Positions 36,385 through 45,705 of a stretch of 64,000 bases of DNA are shown piece after piece. The position numbers and the translations under genes were made by a program. Each line of letters starts with the position of its first letter. Position 1 is the first letter of the stretch. This DNA is from Chloroflexia bacterium (GTDB lineage: Bacteria > Chloroflexota > Chloroflexia > QHBQ01 > JAICKM01), in contig JBBRPH010000004.1 of NCBI GenBank assembly GCA_038228295.1, positions 11,118-75,117 on the forward strand. Reading direction: 5' to 3'. The notes below the pieces were generated by a model. That model did no database searches, was not told the DNA's origin, and saw only the letters and a program-made list of their open reading frames with translations.

Positions 36385-36464
36385 TAACGGATTTAACCGT
36401 TTTTGTTTGTCTATCGCAACTCGTGGCCGACCTACTACTTCCGCCACTGACTACTGACGATCCG

Positions 36465-37109
36465 TTATCCGCGTATGCCCCGTGTCGCGTTGCCGCTGCG
36501 GCGTTCACCGGGCGTGGCCTCAACGGGCAGGGCGCTGCCCAGGTCGGCGGCGGTGGGGCCGTAGCCGTAGGGACCCATGTCGTTCGGGCCGCTGCCGTGC
36601 GCGTGCGCCGTTTCCCCGGTCGGTGCATCAATCCATTGGTCAATGATCGCGTTCATCTTGGTCGGGTCCACATGGGTGTAGAACTGGCCCTCAACCTCAA
36701 CCAGCGGCCCCAGGTCGCACGCGCCGATGCAGACCGACATGGGCAAGAAGGCCAGCCGGTTGTCTGCGGTCGACTCGTCGGCGGTGATGTGCAGGCGGTC
36801 ATAGATCGCCTCGCGCAACTTGCCCGCGCCGCGCACATAGCACGACGTGCCCTCGCAGGTCAGGATCGTGCGCCCACCCACCGGGCTGAAGCGGAAGAAG
36901 CTGTAAAAAGTGACCACACCGTAGATTTCGGTGATGCTAATGCCGAAGGTCTGGGCCATTTGGTTCACTACGGCCTCGCTGATGAAGCCATACTGCGTCT
37001 GGATCTCCTGCAAGGCCGGGATCATGGCTTCCATCGGGTCTACATCGCGGTAACGATGCAGGATCTCGGCGGCACCATCGGGCGGAATAACGCGCACTGC
37101 TTCTGCCAT
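36465..37109 (-). CDS. nuoE: NADH-quinone oxidoreductase subunit E
   Basis: 2Fe-2S ligands in CEGTSCYVRG and CIGACDLGP. The start overlaps the nuoD stop (TAATG). Confidence 0.9.
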   Translation of the reverse strand: MAEAVRVIPPDGAAEILHRYRDVDPMEAMIPALQEIQTQYGFISEAVVNQMAQTFGISITEIYGVVTFYSFFRFSPVGGRTILTCEGTSCYVRGAGKLREAIYDRLHITADESTADNRLAFLPMSVCIGACDLGPLVEVEGQFYTHVDPTKMNAIIDQWIDAPTGETAHAHGSGPNDMGPYGYGPTAADLGSALPVEATPGERRSGNATRGIRG

Positions 37110-38413
37110 TAGCGATCCACCTCACCCATCACGATGTCAATGCTGCCGATGGCGGCGACCACGTCGGCGACATACGCGCCTTCGGACATAATCGGTAACG
37201 ACTGCAAATTAATCATTGAAGCCGGACGGCAGCGCGCACGATAGGGATTCGCATCGCCGTGGCTGACGATATACCAGCCCAACTCCCCCTTCGGGCACTC
37301 CACCGCGCTGTAGTATTCGCCCACCGGCGGCTTCAGGCCGTAGATTGACAGTATAAAGTGCCGCTGCATAGCCTCAATCGAGGTCATCAGCGCCTCTTTG
37401 CCCGGCAGGGCCACGCGGATGTCGTCGGTCATCACCGGGCCGTCGGGCAGTAGCTTGGCGGCCTGCTCAATGATGCTGACGCTCTGGCGCATCTCTTCCA
37501 TACGCACCAGGAAGCGGTCGTACACATCACCATGCGTGCCGATGGGCACATCGAAGTTGATACCGAACTCCGGTCCGTAGGCAGCGTAAGGTCGCGCTTT
37601 CCGCACATCATAGGCCACGCCTGATCCGCGCAGGCTGGGGCCGGTCAGCCCCCACTGCACGGCCTCTTCCGCCGAAATCACGCCAATGCCTTTGACGCGG
37701 CGCAGGAAGATCGGGTTCTCGGCCAACAGCCGCTCGTACTCATGGATATGCCCCGGCATCACGCGCACAAACTCGGCCAACTTCTCCAGGAAGCCGGGCG
37801 GCAGGTCTTTCGGGAAGCCGCCCACACGCTGCGCGTTCAGCGTCAGCCGTGCGCCGGTTTGCATTTCCAGCAAGTCGAGGATCAGTTCGCGTTCGCGCAT
37901 GGCGAACAAGAAGACGGTGATCGCGCCTAGGTCCATAACGTGGGTGCCCAGCCAGAGCAGGTGCGAGGCGATGCGTTGCAGTTCGGAGAAGAGTACCCGC
38001 AGATACTTGGCACGTACCGGAATCTCCACACCCATCAGCCCTTCGACCGTCTGCACCCAAGCCAAGTTGCTGGTGAAGGCCGCAATATAATCCATGCGGT
38101 CGGTCCAGGGCACAAACTGGTTGTACTGGCGATACTCGCCGATCTTTTCAATGCCGCGGTGCAGATAGCCGATGTCAGGGATGGCCTTTTTGACGATCTC
38201 GCCGTCCAATTCGAGCAAGATGCGCGCTACCCCATGCGTACTGGGGTGCTGCGGCCCCATGTTGAGCATCAGTTCCTGCTCTTGCACCGGAGCGGCTTCC
38301 TCGGACAGCATCAGCTTGGCGGCGCTATCCTGGCCGGTGATCTCTTGCCCGGCGCGGGTCGCTATATTTGTTTCTTCTTGTGGCACACGCGCCAGTTCAC
38401 GGTTTTCATCCAT
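37109..38413 (-). CDS. nuoD: NADH-quinone oxidoreductase subunit D
   Basis: LNMGPQHPSTHGV and the C-terminal IGSIDIVMGEVDR are signatures of the 49-kDa subunit. Confidence 0.95.
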   Translation of the reverse strand: MDENRELARVPQEETNIATRAGQEITGQDSAAKLMLSEEAAPVQEQELMLNMGPQHPSTHGVARILLELDGEIVKKAIPDIGYLHRGIEKIGEYRQYNQFVPWTDRMDYIAAFTSNLAWVQTVEGLMGVEIPVRAKYLRVLFSELQRIASHLLWLGTHVMDLGAITVFLFAMRERELILDLLEMQTGARLTLNAQRVGGFPKDLPPGFLEKLAEFVRVMPGHIHEYERLLAENPIFLRRVKGIGVISAEEAVQWGLTGPSLRGSGVAYDVRKARPYAAYGPEFGINFDVPIGTHGDVYDRFLVRMEEMRQSVSIIEQAAKLLPDGPVMTDDIRVALPGKEALMTSIEAMQRHFILSIYGLKPPVGEYYSAVECPKGELGWYIVSHGDANPYRARCRPASMINLQSLPIMSEGAYVADVVAAIGSIDIVMGEVDR

Positions 38414-38436
38414 AGCGATGCCTCATTTCGTCCCGG

Positions 38437-38925
38437 CTAATACCCGGCCAGCGGATAATCTTTCCGCAATGGGTGGCCCACCCAGTCTTGTGGTAGCAGC
38501 ATCCGCCGCAGATCGGGGTGGTGGGCAAAATCTACCCCGAACATATCGTAGGCTTCCCGTTCCAGCCAGTTGGATGTTTTCCAGACCCCGACTAGCGTCT
38601 CCACGCTATCGCCTTCAGCCACACCGCATTTGATGCGGAGCAAGTGATTCTTGCTCAGGCTATAGAGATGGGCCACCACGTCGAACCGTTGTGGGCGCGC
38701 CGGGTAGTCCACGGCGGTCAGGTCCATCATCATCTCGAATTTGCACTCAGGGTCGTCGCGCAAGAACTGCGCCGCCGCGACCCATTGATCACGCACAATC
38801 CGCACCGTCACCTGATCGCGATGTGCGCTGACCCCTTCGATAGCCTGCGGCATGACGGCGCGCAGCCGTTGTACTGCCGGGTGGGCTTCAGGGTCTACGT
38901 GTTGCAGGGGGGAGACTGGCGGCAT
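38437..38925 (-). CDS. nuoC: NADH-quinone oxidoreductase subunit C
   Basis: 30-kDa subunit motifs: WLEREAYDMFGVDFAHHPDLRRMLL. Confidence 0.9.
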   Translation of the reverse strand: MPPVSPLQHVDPEAHPAVQRLRAVMPQAIEGVSAHRDQVTVRIVRDQWVAAAQFLRDDPECKFEMMMDLTAVDYPARPQRFDVVAHLYSLSKNHLLRIKCGVAEGDSVETLVGVWKTSNWLEREAYDMFGVDFAHHPDLRRMLLPQDWVGHPLRKDYPLAGY

Positions 38926-38926
38926 T

Positions 38927-39457
38927 TTACACGCTCCGCGCCATCACGTCTACGGCAACGCGCTTGGCGATGGTATCTTGTTTGATCTTCTCTTGCAGCT
39001 TCATGATCCCATAGAACATGGCTTCGGGGATGGGTGGGCAGCCAGGGATATAAATATCCACCGGCACTACTTCGTCAATCCCTTGCACCACGGCATAGGT
39101 TGGGAACGGCCCGCCCGCACTGGCACAATTGCCGACGGCGATACACCATTTCGGCTCGGCCATCTGGTCCCAGACGGTCCGCATGATCGGCGCGAATTTT
39201 TTGGTCACGGTGCCGCAGACCAACATCACATCACTCTGGCGCGGCGAGAAGCGGTAGAGCATCCCGAAGCGCTCCAGCATATCAAAGCGCGAAATGCCGA
39301 CCGCCATCATCTCAATCGCGCAGCAGGCCGTGCCCAAGATTAGCGGCCACATCGAAGAGCGATGCGCCCAGTTAAACAAAAAGTCGCTGGTGGTCGTGAT
39401 AACCCCCGGCTTAAACCGATTCTCTAAGATGCCCAATCGAAGGCTCCTTTCCGCCAC
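38927..39457 (-). CDS. nuoB: NADH-quinone oxidoreductase subunit B
   Basis: Cluster N2 ligand motifs [15 protein letters not shown] and IPGCPP. Confidence 0.95.
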   Translation of the reverse strand: MAERSLRLGILENRFKPGVITTTSDFLFNWAHRSSMWPLILGTACCAIEMMAVGISRFDMLERFGMLYRFSPRQSDVMLVCGTVTKKFAPIMRTVWDQMAEPKWCIAVGNCASAGGPFPTYAVVQGIDEVVPVDIYIPGCPPIPEAMFYGIMKLQEKIKQDTIAKRVAVDVMARSV

Positions 39458-39780
39458 GCATACGCATAGCCCACCACCAGCAACAGCAAGAACAGGATCA
39501 TTTCTACTAAGCCGTATACCCCGATGATGTTATACGCAATCGCCCACGGATAGAGGAATACCGCTTCAATATCGAAGACGACAAATAACATGGCGATCAG
39601 ATAGTAGCGCACGGTATAACGTTGGTGGGCTGAGCCAATCGGCGGCATTCCCGACTCATAAGGGGTTGTCTTAGCCGCGCTCGGCTTATGCGGCCCAATG
39701 ATGCGGCTGATATTGCCCAGCAAGGCTGCATTCGCTACACAAATCGTGATAAACAACAGTACCGCCAACCATTCGATCAT
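39424..39780 (-). CDS. nuoA: NADH-quinone oxidoreductase subunit A
   Basis: 3-TM protein with YESGMPP and [12 protein letters not shown] motifs. Start taken at MIEWL (39780); 39795 is an alternative. Confidence 0.9.
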   Translation of the reverse strand: MIEWLAVLLFITICVANAALLGNISRIIGPHKPSAAKTTPYESGMPPIGSAHQRYTVRYYLIAMLFVVFDIEAVFLYPWAIAYNIIGVYGLVEMILFLLLLVVGYAYAWRKGAFDWAS

Positions 39781-39855
39781 ACCCGGTCCTCCCACGCCAC
39801 AGTATCCCTAGTGGCGACGATCTTAGCCACCTATATACAGGCGGTCAGTACGTGT

Positions 39856-39884
39856 ATTATATCACAATCTTTCGGCGGCTACAA
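39856..39884 (-). promoter_or_regulatory. Candidate nuo operon promoter (TTGTAG, 17 nt spacer, TGaTATAAT)
   Basis: On the minus strand: TTGTAG (39884-39879), 17-nt spacer, TGATATAAT (39864-39856), about 75 nt upstream of nuoA. Confidence 0.5.
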
Positions 39885-40009
39885 TCGGTTTCATGCCTCT
39901 CTGTCGGTAGCAATATGCGGACCATCTGTGTTGTAGATACTCAGCAGCGATTGCCCATTATCAGTCTAAACGCCCGACAAAAAGTTGGGCGTTCGCACAT
40001 GAGGAACAG

Positions 40010-41119
40010 CTACTCCCGCAACTGATTGTCAGATGTGCCCACCGGCACAACATCTCCGGCGGGGCTAGACGGTTGTGCGCCGTTCGTGGGCAAGGTCGCG
40101 TCAAGGCCGTGTGCTTGCAGGGTGGAGATGCGTACTTGGTCGCCGTGCCGTAGAGTGGATAGTTCGAGGTCCATGCGCTTGACGCGATACAGTGTATCCT
40201 CCGTGAGGCGGCGGTTGGCGGCTAAGATGTCGGCGACCAGCCCGATGAGAAAAATCTGGATGCCGAACACGAGCGCCAAGATCGTGATAAAGGTGGTCGG
40301 CAGGTGGCCCGAGAAGGTGGCGCGCCAGTTGCCGTGTTCGTCGAAAATCCAGTGGTACAGCAGCCAGAACACCCCCCACAGGCCAATCGCCAGAAAGATG
40401 CCGGCGATGTAGGAGAACACTTTGAGCGGTTCGTAGAGGATCCAGATGCGGACAATGGTTGCGCCCGACTTCTTAACATAATCGGGGATCGAGCGCACCA
40501 AGCGCGATTTCCGCATGACGGGATTGGTTTGTACCGGCACATGGCCGACGGCAAGGTTCTTTTTGCCGGCCTGGATGATCGTTTCCAGTGTGTAGGTATA
40601 GCGCGTGATCACATTGAGTCGCAGCGCCGCCTCGCGCGAAAAGGCGCGGAAGCCGCTCGGCGCGTCGGGTACGTTGGTGCCCGACACGGCGCGCACGACC
40701 CGCGATCCCATGCCCTGCAACAGCTTTTTCAGCGGCGAGAAATGCCCAATCGCCCCCACTTGGCGATCCCCGATGACCATGTCGGCCTCGCCACGCAAGA
40801 TGGGCGCGATCAGATCAGGGATGCGATCTTGCGGGTACTGGTTATCGGCATCCGTGTTGACGATAATATCGGCTCCCAGCCGCAGGCACGTGTCAAGGCC
40901 GGTTTGGAAGGCGGCGGCCAAGCCCTGGTTGCTGGTATGGCGCACCACATGGTCCACGCCTAGCGCCCTAGCGACCTCTATCGTGCGGTCGCGGCTGCCG
41001 TCGTCAATGATCAGGATCTCGACGGTGTCTATGCCGGGAATGCGGCGCGGGATCGTGGGAATCGTGATCGGCAGCGCGGCTTCTTCATTATGGCAGGGTA
41101 TCTGAACAATCAGCTTCAT
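40010..41119 (-). CDS. Family 2 glycosyltransferase with C-terminal TM segments
   Basis: IPCHNEE, ILIIDDGSRDRT and VNTDADNQY (DxD) motifs, with two TM helices in the C-terminal third. Start at ATG 41119 with AGGAG upstream. Confidence 0.8.
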   Translation of the reverse strand: MKLIVQIPCHNEEAALPITIPTIPRRIPGIDTVEILIIDDGSRDRTIEVARALGVDHVVRHTSNQGLAAAFQTGLDTCLRLGADIIVNTDADNQYPQDRIPDLIAPILRGEADMVIGDRQVGAIGHFSPLKKLLQGMGSRVVRAVSGTNVPDAPSGFRAFSREAALRLNVITRYTYTLETIIQAGKKNLAVGHVPVQTNPVMRKSRLVRSIPDYVKKSGATIVRIWILYEPLKVFSYIAGIFLAIGLWGVFWLLYHWIFDEHGNWRATFSGHLPTTFITILALVFGIQIFLIGLVADILAANRRLTEDTLYRVKRMDLELSTLRHGDQVRISTLQAHGLDATLPTNGAQPSSPAGDVVPVGTSDNQLRE

Positions 41120-41204
41120 TCCACGCTCCTGGCCCCGACGACGCAGCCCGCCGGTCTCCCGCATTGTACGCGCTGGGGCGGTTGGGGGTCAAGGCGCTGG
41201 AGCA

Positions 41205-41362
41205 TCAAGCATATGCAGGGTAGCCACCCTCGCGTGGGCCGATCTTAGTGACAGTTACTGTGTCTGCTTGGTCATCAAGGTCGTAAATGACGCAGTATTG
41301 CCCACCCTAATCCGCCATTCGCATGGCCGGCCATTCGTCGTACTTATCCTACCGTAATTCAA
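41205..41362 (-). pseudogene. RelE/ParE-family toxin relic (frameshifted and N-terminally truncated)
   Basis: Minus-strand frame A reads ...GRPCEWRIRVG. After a 1-nt shift at GTGGGC, frame B reads GQYCVIYDLDDQADTVTVTKIGPREGGY-stop (41205). Together they match the RelE/ParE core WR.RVG.YR.IY....D...V.V..IGHR. An in-frame TAA lies upstream and no start codon is present. Confidence 0.5.
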
Positions 41363-41438
41363 TTAACACACCCAGCCCTTGCAGGTAGATCCAGCGCGTT
41401 TTGTGGTGGTAAGCCGGTTAGCCTTTTACGCCGACCGG

Positions 41439-42551
41439 CTATCGGGGTGCGTCGGGATGCGCCGGGGGCACTGGGCGATCTACTGTGGCTCCGGTGGTCA
41501 GCCCCGGCACATTGCGGCCATGCACCGCGATATTGCCGTCGGGACCGGGGTGCAAATCAAGATTACCGGCATCTACCAGCGCCCGTAGTTCGCGAGTGCG
41601 GTAGGTGGAGCTCCGCAGATACGCCGCCTGCGTGTGCCGTCCACGCTGGTCCGCCGCCACAGCGAGGCGCTCCAAACGCGCCTCCCGTTCCTCTATATAC
41701 GTCCGCAGGAATGCTTGCTCGGTAACCGGCTGACCGTTAACCACTGTGCCGACCGTGCCCCCCAGGCGCTGCTGGGTGCGGGCTAGAATATCGGCGTGGC
41801 CTCCTTGAATGCGGGTATCATACAAAATCGCGTGGCCCAGCGCAGACTGCACGCCCTCTGCCTGCGCGGCACGCACGGTGGGCGCCCAGTAGTTAGCCGA
41901 AAACACCGCGTCTTGCGCTTGGCTCATGGTCGGTTCTGCCGCCGCCGTTCGCAGTAAGCCCAAGAACGTTCGGTCCGTCCGTAGCGTCGCATCGCGCTGT
42001 TGCACCCGCTGCATATAGGCGCGTAAGCTTTGTGCTGTGGCCGACTGCGCGGAGTCTACATACTGCTGCAACACGTTGCCCAGCGATCCCGAAGCGAGCG
42101 TCGCCTGGTGCCGACCATAGCTGATAATGCCGTCATCCGCTGTCTGGAGCGAATCGGTGCGCCCACCTTCAAACGCGCCGGTGATGTCGTTAGCGATGCG
42201 ATGGAAGTTGTTCTCATCGTTCTGTTGGGGTGCGGTCGCCGGTGCCGGAGGAACGGCGGCCGGTGCCCCCTCCCGCCGTTCCTCCGGTGTGGGGACGGGA
42301 GTTGGAGGCGCGGTCGCACTCTGGCGTTGGATGATTCGTTGCACTGCCCGGTTGCCGGCGGTCTGCTGCATCCGCTGGAGGGCTGCCGTTCGCACCGGCG
42401 CGTTGCCGCGTCCGGTCAAGCGCGTATCACCGACCAGTGCTGCCCATTCGGTGGGAGCGGTGTCCTGTTCGCCGCCGACCGTAGCCGCTTGCGCCGCTTG
42501 CCGGTGCGTGTGATCTTGCTCCTGCGTGGTGCGATCCTGGTTTTCCGCCAT
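41439..42551 (-). CDS. GH46 chitosanase/lysozyme-like domain protein with a GNRAVQR-type N-terminal leader
   Basis: No signal peptide. N-terminal ALQRMQQTAGNRAVQRIIQRQ, a Pro/Ala linker, then AFEGGRTDSLQTADDGIISYGRHQ, HAILYDTRIQGG and AGNLDLHPGPDG, which by recall parallel the GH46 catalytic Glu and Asp regions and the C-terminal AGNLDLNPP. Confidence 0.45.
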   Translation of the reverse strand: MAENQDRTTQEQDHTHRQAAQAATVGGEQDTAPTEWAALVGDTRLTGRGNAPVRTAALQRMQQTAGNRAVQRIIQRQSATAPPTPVPTPEERREGAPAAVPPAPATAPQQNDENNFHRIANDITGAFEGGRTDSLQTADDGIISYGRHQATLASGSLGNVLQQYVDSAQSATAQSLRAYMQRVQQRDATLRTDRTFLGLLRTAAAEPTMSQAQDAVFSANYWAPTVRAAQAEGVQSALGHAILYDTRIQGGHADILARTQQRLGGTVGTVVNGQPVTEQAFLRTYIEEREARLERLAVAADQRGRHTQAAYLRSSTYRTRELRALVDAGNLDLHPGPDGNIAVHGRNVPGLTTGATVDRPVPPAHPDAPR

Positions 42552-42711
42552 TGGTACGCCCCTCCCTTGTGCTGACGTGCTGCTGCGCTGTACTGGTCTG
42601 GTGCCACCGGCGCTTATCTGAAACCCATGATACTGCTACTTAGCACTAGAGTCAATCGCTAATGCCGGGTACGCCGCCTGAGTCCGACCTCGGCACTGCG
42701 CTGCCGGCACC

Positions 42712-43635
42712 TCATGCGCCGAGCAGCCAGCCCTCTTCGGCTAGGCACACCGCAACGGTAGGGGCGAGCAGATTGGGCGGATCGGCAAACAGGCGGCCCA
42801 GTGTGCCGGCGGTGTCGTGCGCGGCTAACCAACGCACCACGGCGCGGACCTGAGCTTGGTCGCGGATGGGGATATCGGGATCCAATAGATCGCGGATAAT
42901 GCCGGGCCAGATTTCGGCGTGGATGACGGCGGGACCGCAGCCGGCGGTAGGGGTGAGGGTGAAGCCGGTCTCGAACGGCCAGGCGCGGCTGACGGCGGCC
43001 AGGGCCGGGTCGGCGCGCAGCGCAGCCACCCGTGGGATGCCGACCAGCGCCTGCCCGCCGACACTGCCAGTACCGAGCAGCTTCCAGCAAGGCTGGGTGC
43101 CGCGCAAGCGCTGCTCCACCGTCCGCAGCCGCGCCAGGACCGGGCCGGCAGCGCTGACGTAAGGATAGGGTGGGCTGGTGGGGGTCAGGTGCGGACCGGC
43201 CTGCGCGGGCGGGCAGCCCCAGAACGGACCGGGCGGCGATCCACCGGCGCGTGCGTTGGCCGTTGCTGCCACTGCGAAGCGGTTGTTGCTATTGGCTGCA
43301 TCATCTGTGATGTGCGTCGTAAGCCAGTCCCAGGTCTGCCGCCAGGCCGATGCGGAGCCGTGCAAACCTAGCGCCGCCGCTGTGCCTGCCGGGTAGCCGT
43401 AGGGGAAATCGCAGCCGATCAGCACGCGCCGTCCGGCGGCGACATGGCCCAGTAGCCGCTCGCGCAAGTGGGCGACACAGGCGGCGCGCGTGCGCCAGTA
43501 GGTTTCGCTTGAATCTAGCGGCGCGTCGGCCAAGGCTTCACCCACCCAGAGCGCATCGGCCGTGGGCCGCGCCGGGCTGGGTAGGCTGCGGGCGCTCCAG
43601 TCCACGGCTAGGTACACATCAAACAGGCGTTCCAT
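42712..43635 (-). CDS. Conserved hypothetical protein, possibly RNase-H-fold (DUF429-like)
   Basis: N-terminal VYLAVDWSA and later HAEIWPG resemble DUF429 motifs; the assignment is weak. Start set at MERLFD (43635). Confidence 0.3.
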   Translation of the reverse strand: MERLFDVYLAVDWSARSLPSPARPTADALWVGEALADAPLDSSETYWRTRAACVAHLRERLLGHVAAGRRVLIGCDFPYGYPAGTAAALGLHGSASAWRQTWDWLTTHITDDAANSNNRFAVAATANARAGGSPPGPFWGCPPAQAGPHLTPTSPPYPYVSAAGPVLARLRTVEQRLRGTQPCWKLLGTGSVGGQALVGIPRVAALRADPALAAVSRAWPFETGFTLTPTAGCGPAVIHAEIWPGIIRDLLDPDIPIRDQAQVRAVVRWLAAHDTAGTLGRLFADPPNLLAPTVAVCLAEEGWLLGA

Positions 43636-43691
43636 CGCGCCATTATAGCGACTACGGTCGCACAGTGCTAATCTGCGACACACTGCCCGCC

Positions 43692-43721
43692 TTGACAGCC
43701 TCGTGACAAGATCGCTATACT
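43692..43721 (+). promoter_or_regulatory. Candidate promoter (TTGACA, 18 nt spacer, TATACT)
   Basis: Consensus -35 TTGACA at 43692-43697 and TATACT at 43716-43721, 72 nt upstream of the ATG at 43794. Confidence 0.5.
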
Positions 43722-43793
43722 CGCTAGAAGGTCCAACCCAGCCCGCCGGCCCTCGGCGGCCCATACCCGTCCCCCAGCTAGAAGGATGCTGTT

Positions 43794-45698
43794 ATGCGCC
43801 TGGCGCGGTTGTTGTGTTTCTCCCTCGTAGTGGTCGTGTCCCTAGGACTGTTTGGCGCCGCCCCGCCTGTAGCAGCGCCGGTCTATGCTGCTGAGGCCGT
43901 GTCGCCGTTTGGCATGAACCTGTATCTCACTGGGCTGGAACGACCCGATGCCGAGCGCGCCGTGATCCTGGACCGTGCCCGCGAGGCCGGGGTGCGTTGG
44001 AGCCGCGAGGAGTTGAGTTGGGCGAATATTCAGGGTAGCCCAAAAGGCGACACCTGGACGCTCTATGATAAACGCTTGCAACAGTTGAAGGACGCGGGCA
44101 TCCAGACCGTTGGCGTGCTGCTGACCACGCCGAGTTGGGCTTCGGGCGTGGACGAGCGGACCGCCGGCTGGTATTGGTATCCGCCGACCGATCCGCAGAC
44201 CTATGGCGCGTTTGTCGAGGCCGCTGTGCGCCGGTGGCATGACCGCGTAGCCGTCTGGGAGCTATGGAACGAACCGGACAAAGACGGCACTTGGCTGCCG
44301 CACGCCGCCCCTGCCGCCTACGCCGCGTTGTTGCGGGCGGGTTATGCCGGAGCCAAGCGCGCCGATCCCAATGCGGTGGTCATGCTCGGCTCGGTCTATG
44401 TTCACGATGCAGCGAATGAGGGACTAGCCTTCATGGATGGGGTGGCGGCCGCCGGCGGGGAACTACCGTTCGACATCATGGGGATTCATACTTATATGAA
44501 CGACCGCCCGCCGGAAGACACCTCACCGGTGACGGTGGTGCAAAACCTACCCTGGCGGTTGGTGCAAACCCGTGCCTGGCTGACTCGCCACGGGCGCGCC
44601 GCGATGCCGATCTGGATTACGGAAGACGGGCAGAGTGTGTGTCAGAGCTGTGACGGCCAAGGCGCGAGCGAAGCAGATCAGGCTGCCCGGCTGGTTCGCC
44701 GCTATATGCTGGCGCTGGCGAACGGCGCAGCCCACTTCGATTACTTCCAGATGAAAGATAAGTTCAACGCCGGCGCAGGCGATGTGTGGGGTAACATGGC
44801 TGTGCTGCGCAATGATCTCAGTCCGCGCCCGGCATTCTACGCTTATAAGACGATGACCGGCCTGCTGGGGACGGGCTGGTATAGTGGGCTAGGCGAGTTG
44901 CAGCACGCCGTAGCCAACCAGTGGCAGCCGCAATTCGACCGTTATCATATGCGGTTCACCACGTCGGGCGGCACCGTCCACGTCCTGTGGACTCCCGACA
45001 ACGTAGTGGCGCAGGCGGTTAGCCTGCGCGTCGGTACACCCAACGTGCGGATCGTGCAACTAGACGGCACAGCTACCACGGTAGCGGTAACAGGGGGCCA
45101 GGTGCCGCTGACGCTCACGCCTAACCCGATTTTCGTAGTCGAAGATGCGGCCGCCGGCCTGGACCCGGCGACCGATCCCGCGTCGCCGACCGGTCTGCGC
45201 GTCAGCACACGCTTCCACGACTTCTGGCAAGGGCATGGCGGACTGGCGGCTTTCGGTTACCCAATCACCGGCGAACGGCAGGAGGTCAGCCCAACCGACG
45301 GCAAGGCGTACATCGTGCAGTGGTTCGAGCGCACGCGCTTTGAGTGGCACCCCGAAAACAGCGCACCGTTCAACGTCTTGCTAGGGCTGATGGGGCGGCA
45401 AGTCACGGCGGGGCGGAGCCTGCCCACCATTGCGTCGTTTGCCGACACGCCCGACCGGCGCTTCGTGCCGGAAACCGGCCATAGCCTGAGCGGGCGCTTT
45501 CTGCAATACTGGCAAGCCACGGGTGGTCTGGCCCTCTATGGCTACCCGATCAGCGAGCCGTTAACCGAGCCGAGCGCGACCGACGGCAAGCCATATCTGG
45601 TGCAGTATTTCGAGCGCGCCCGCTTTGAGCTCCACCCAGAGAACCGCACGCCCTATGATGTGCTACTGGGTCTGCTAGGTCGGCAGCTGTTCCGCTAG
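43794..45698 (+). CDS. Secreted clan GH-A (GH5-like) glycoside hydrolase with two C-terminal LGFP-like repeats
   Basis: Signal peptide. WELWNEPD (acid/base Glu) and IWITEDGQ (nucleophile Glu). The C-terminus carries two 62-aa modules F..(F/Y)WQ..GGLA..GYPI.......DGK.Y.VQ(W/Y)FER.RFE.HPEN. Confidence 0.7.
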   Translation: MRLARLLCFSLVVVVSLGLFGAAPPVAAPVYAAEAVSPFGMNLYLTGLERPDAERAVILDRAREAGVRWSREELSWANIQGSPKGDTWTLYDKRLQQLKDAGIQTVGVLLTTPSWASGVDERTAGWYWYPPTDPQTYGAFVEAAVRRWHDRVAVWELWNEPDKDGTWLPHAAPAAYAALLRAGYAGAKRADPNAVVMLGSVYVHDAANEGLAFMDGVAAAGGELPFDIMGIHTYMNDRPPEDTSPVTVVQNLPWRLVQTRAWLTRHGRAAMPIWITEDGQSVCQSCDGQGASEADQAARLVRRYMLALANGAAHFDYFQMKDKFNAGAGDVWGNMAVLRNDLSPRPAFYAYKTMTGLLGTGWYSGLGELQHAVANQWQPQFDRYHMRFTTSGGTVHVLWTPDNVVAQAVSLRVGTPNVRIVQLDGTATTVAVTGGQVPLTLTPNPIFVVEDAAAGLDPATDPASPTGLRVSTRFHDFWQGHGGLAAFGYPITGERQEVSPTDGKAYIVQWFERTRFEWHPENSAPFNVLLGLMGRQVTAGRSLPTIASFADTPDRRFVPETGHSLSGRFLQYWQATGGLALYGYPISEPLTEPSATDGKPYLVQYFERARFELHPENRTPYDVLLGLLGRQLFR

Positions 45699-45705
45699 AC
45701 AAAAT

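Noticed and set aside
41165-43793. A contractile-injection or type VI/VII secretion locus around the GNRAVQR-leader protein
   Set aside because: No sheath, tube, baseplate, ATPase or EssC-like genes are present in the window. Only the single cargo-like protein is present.
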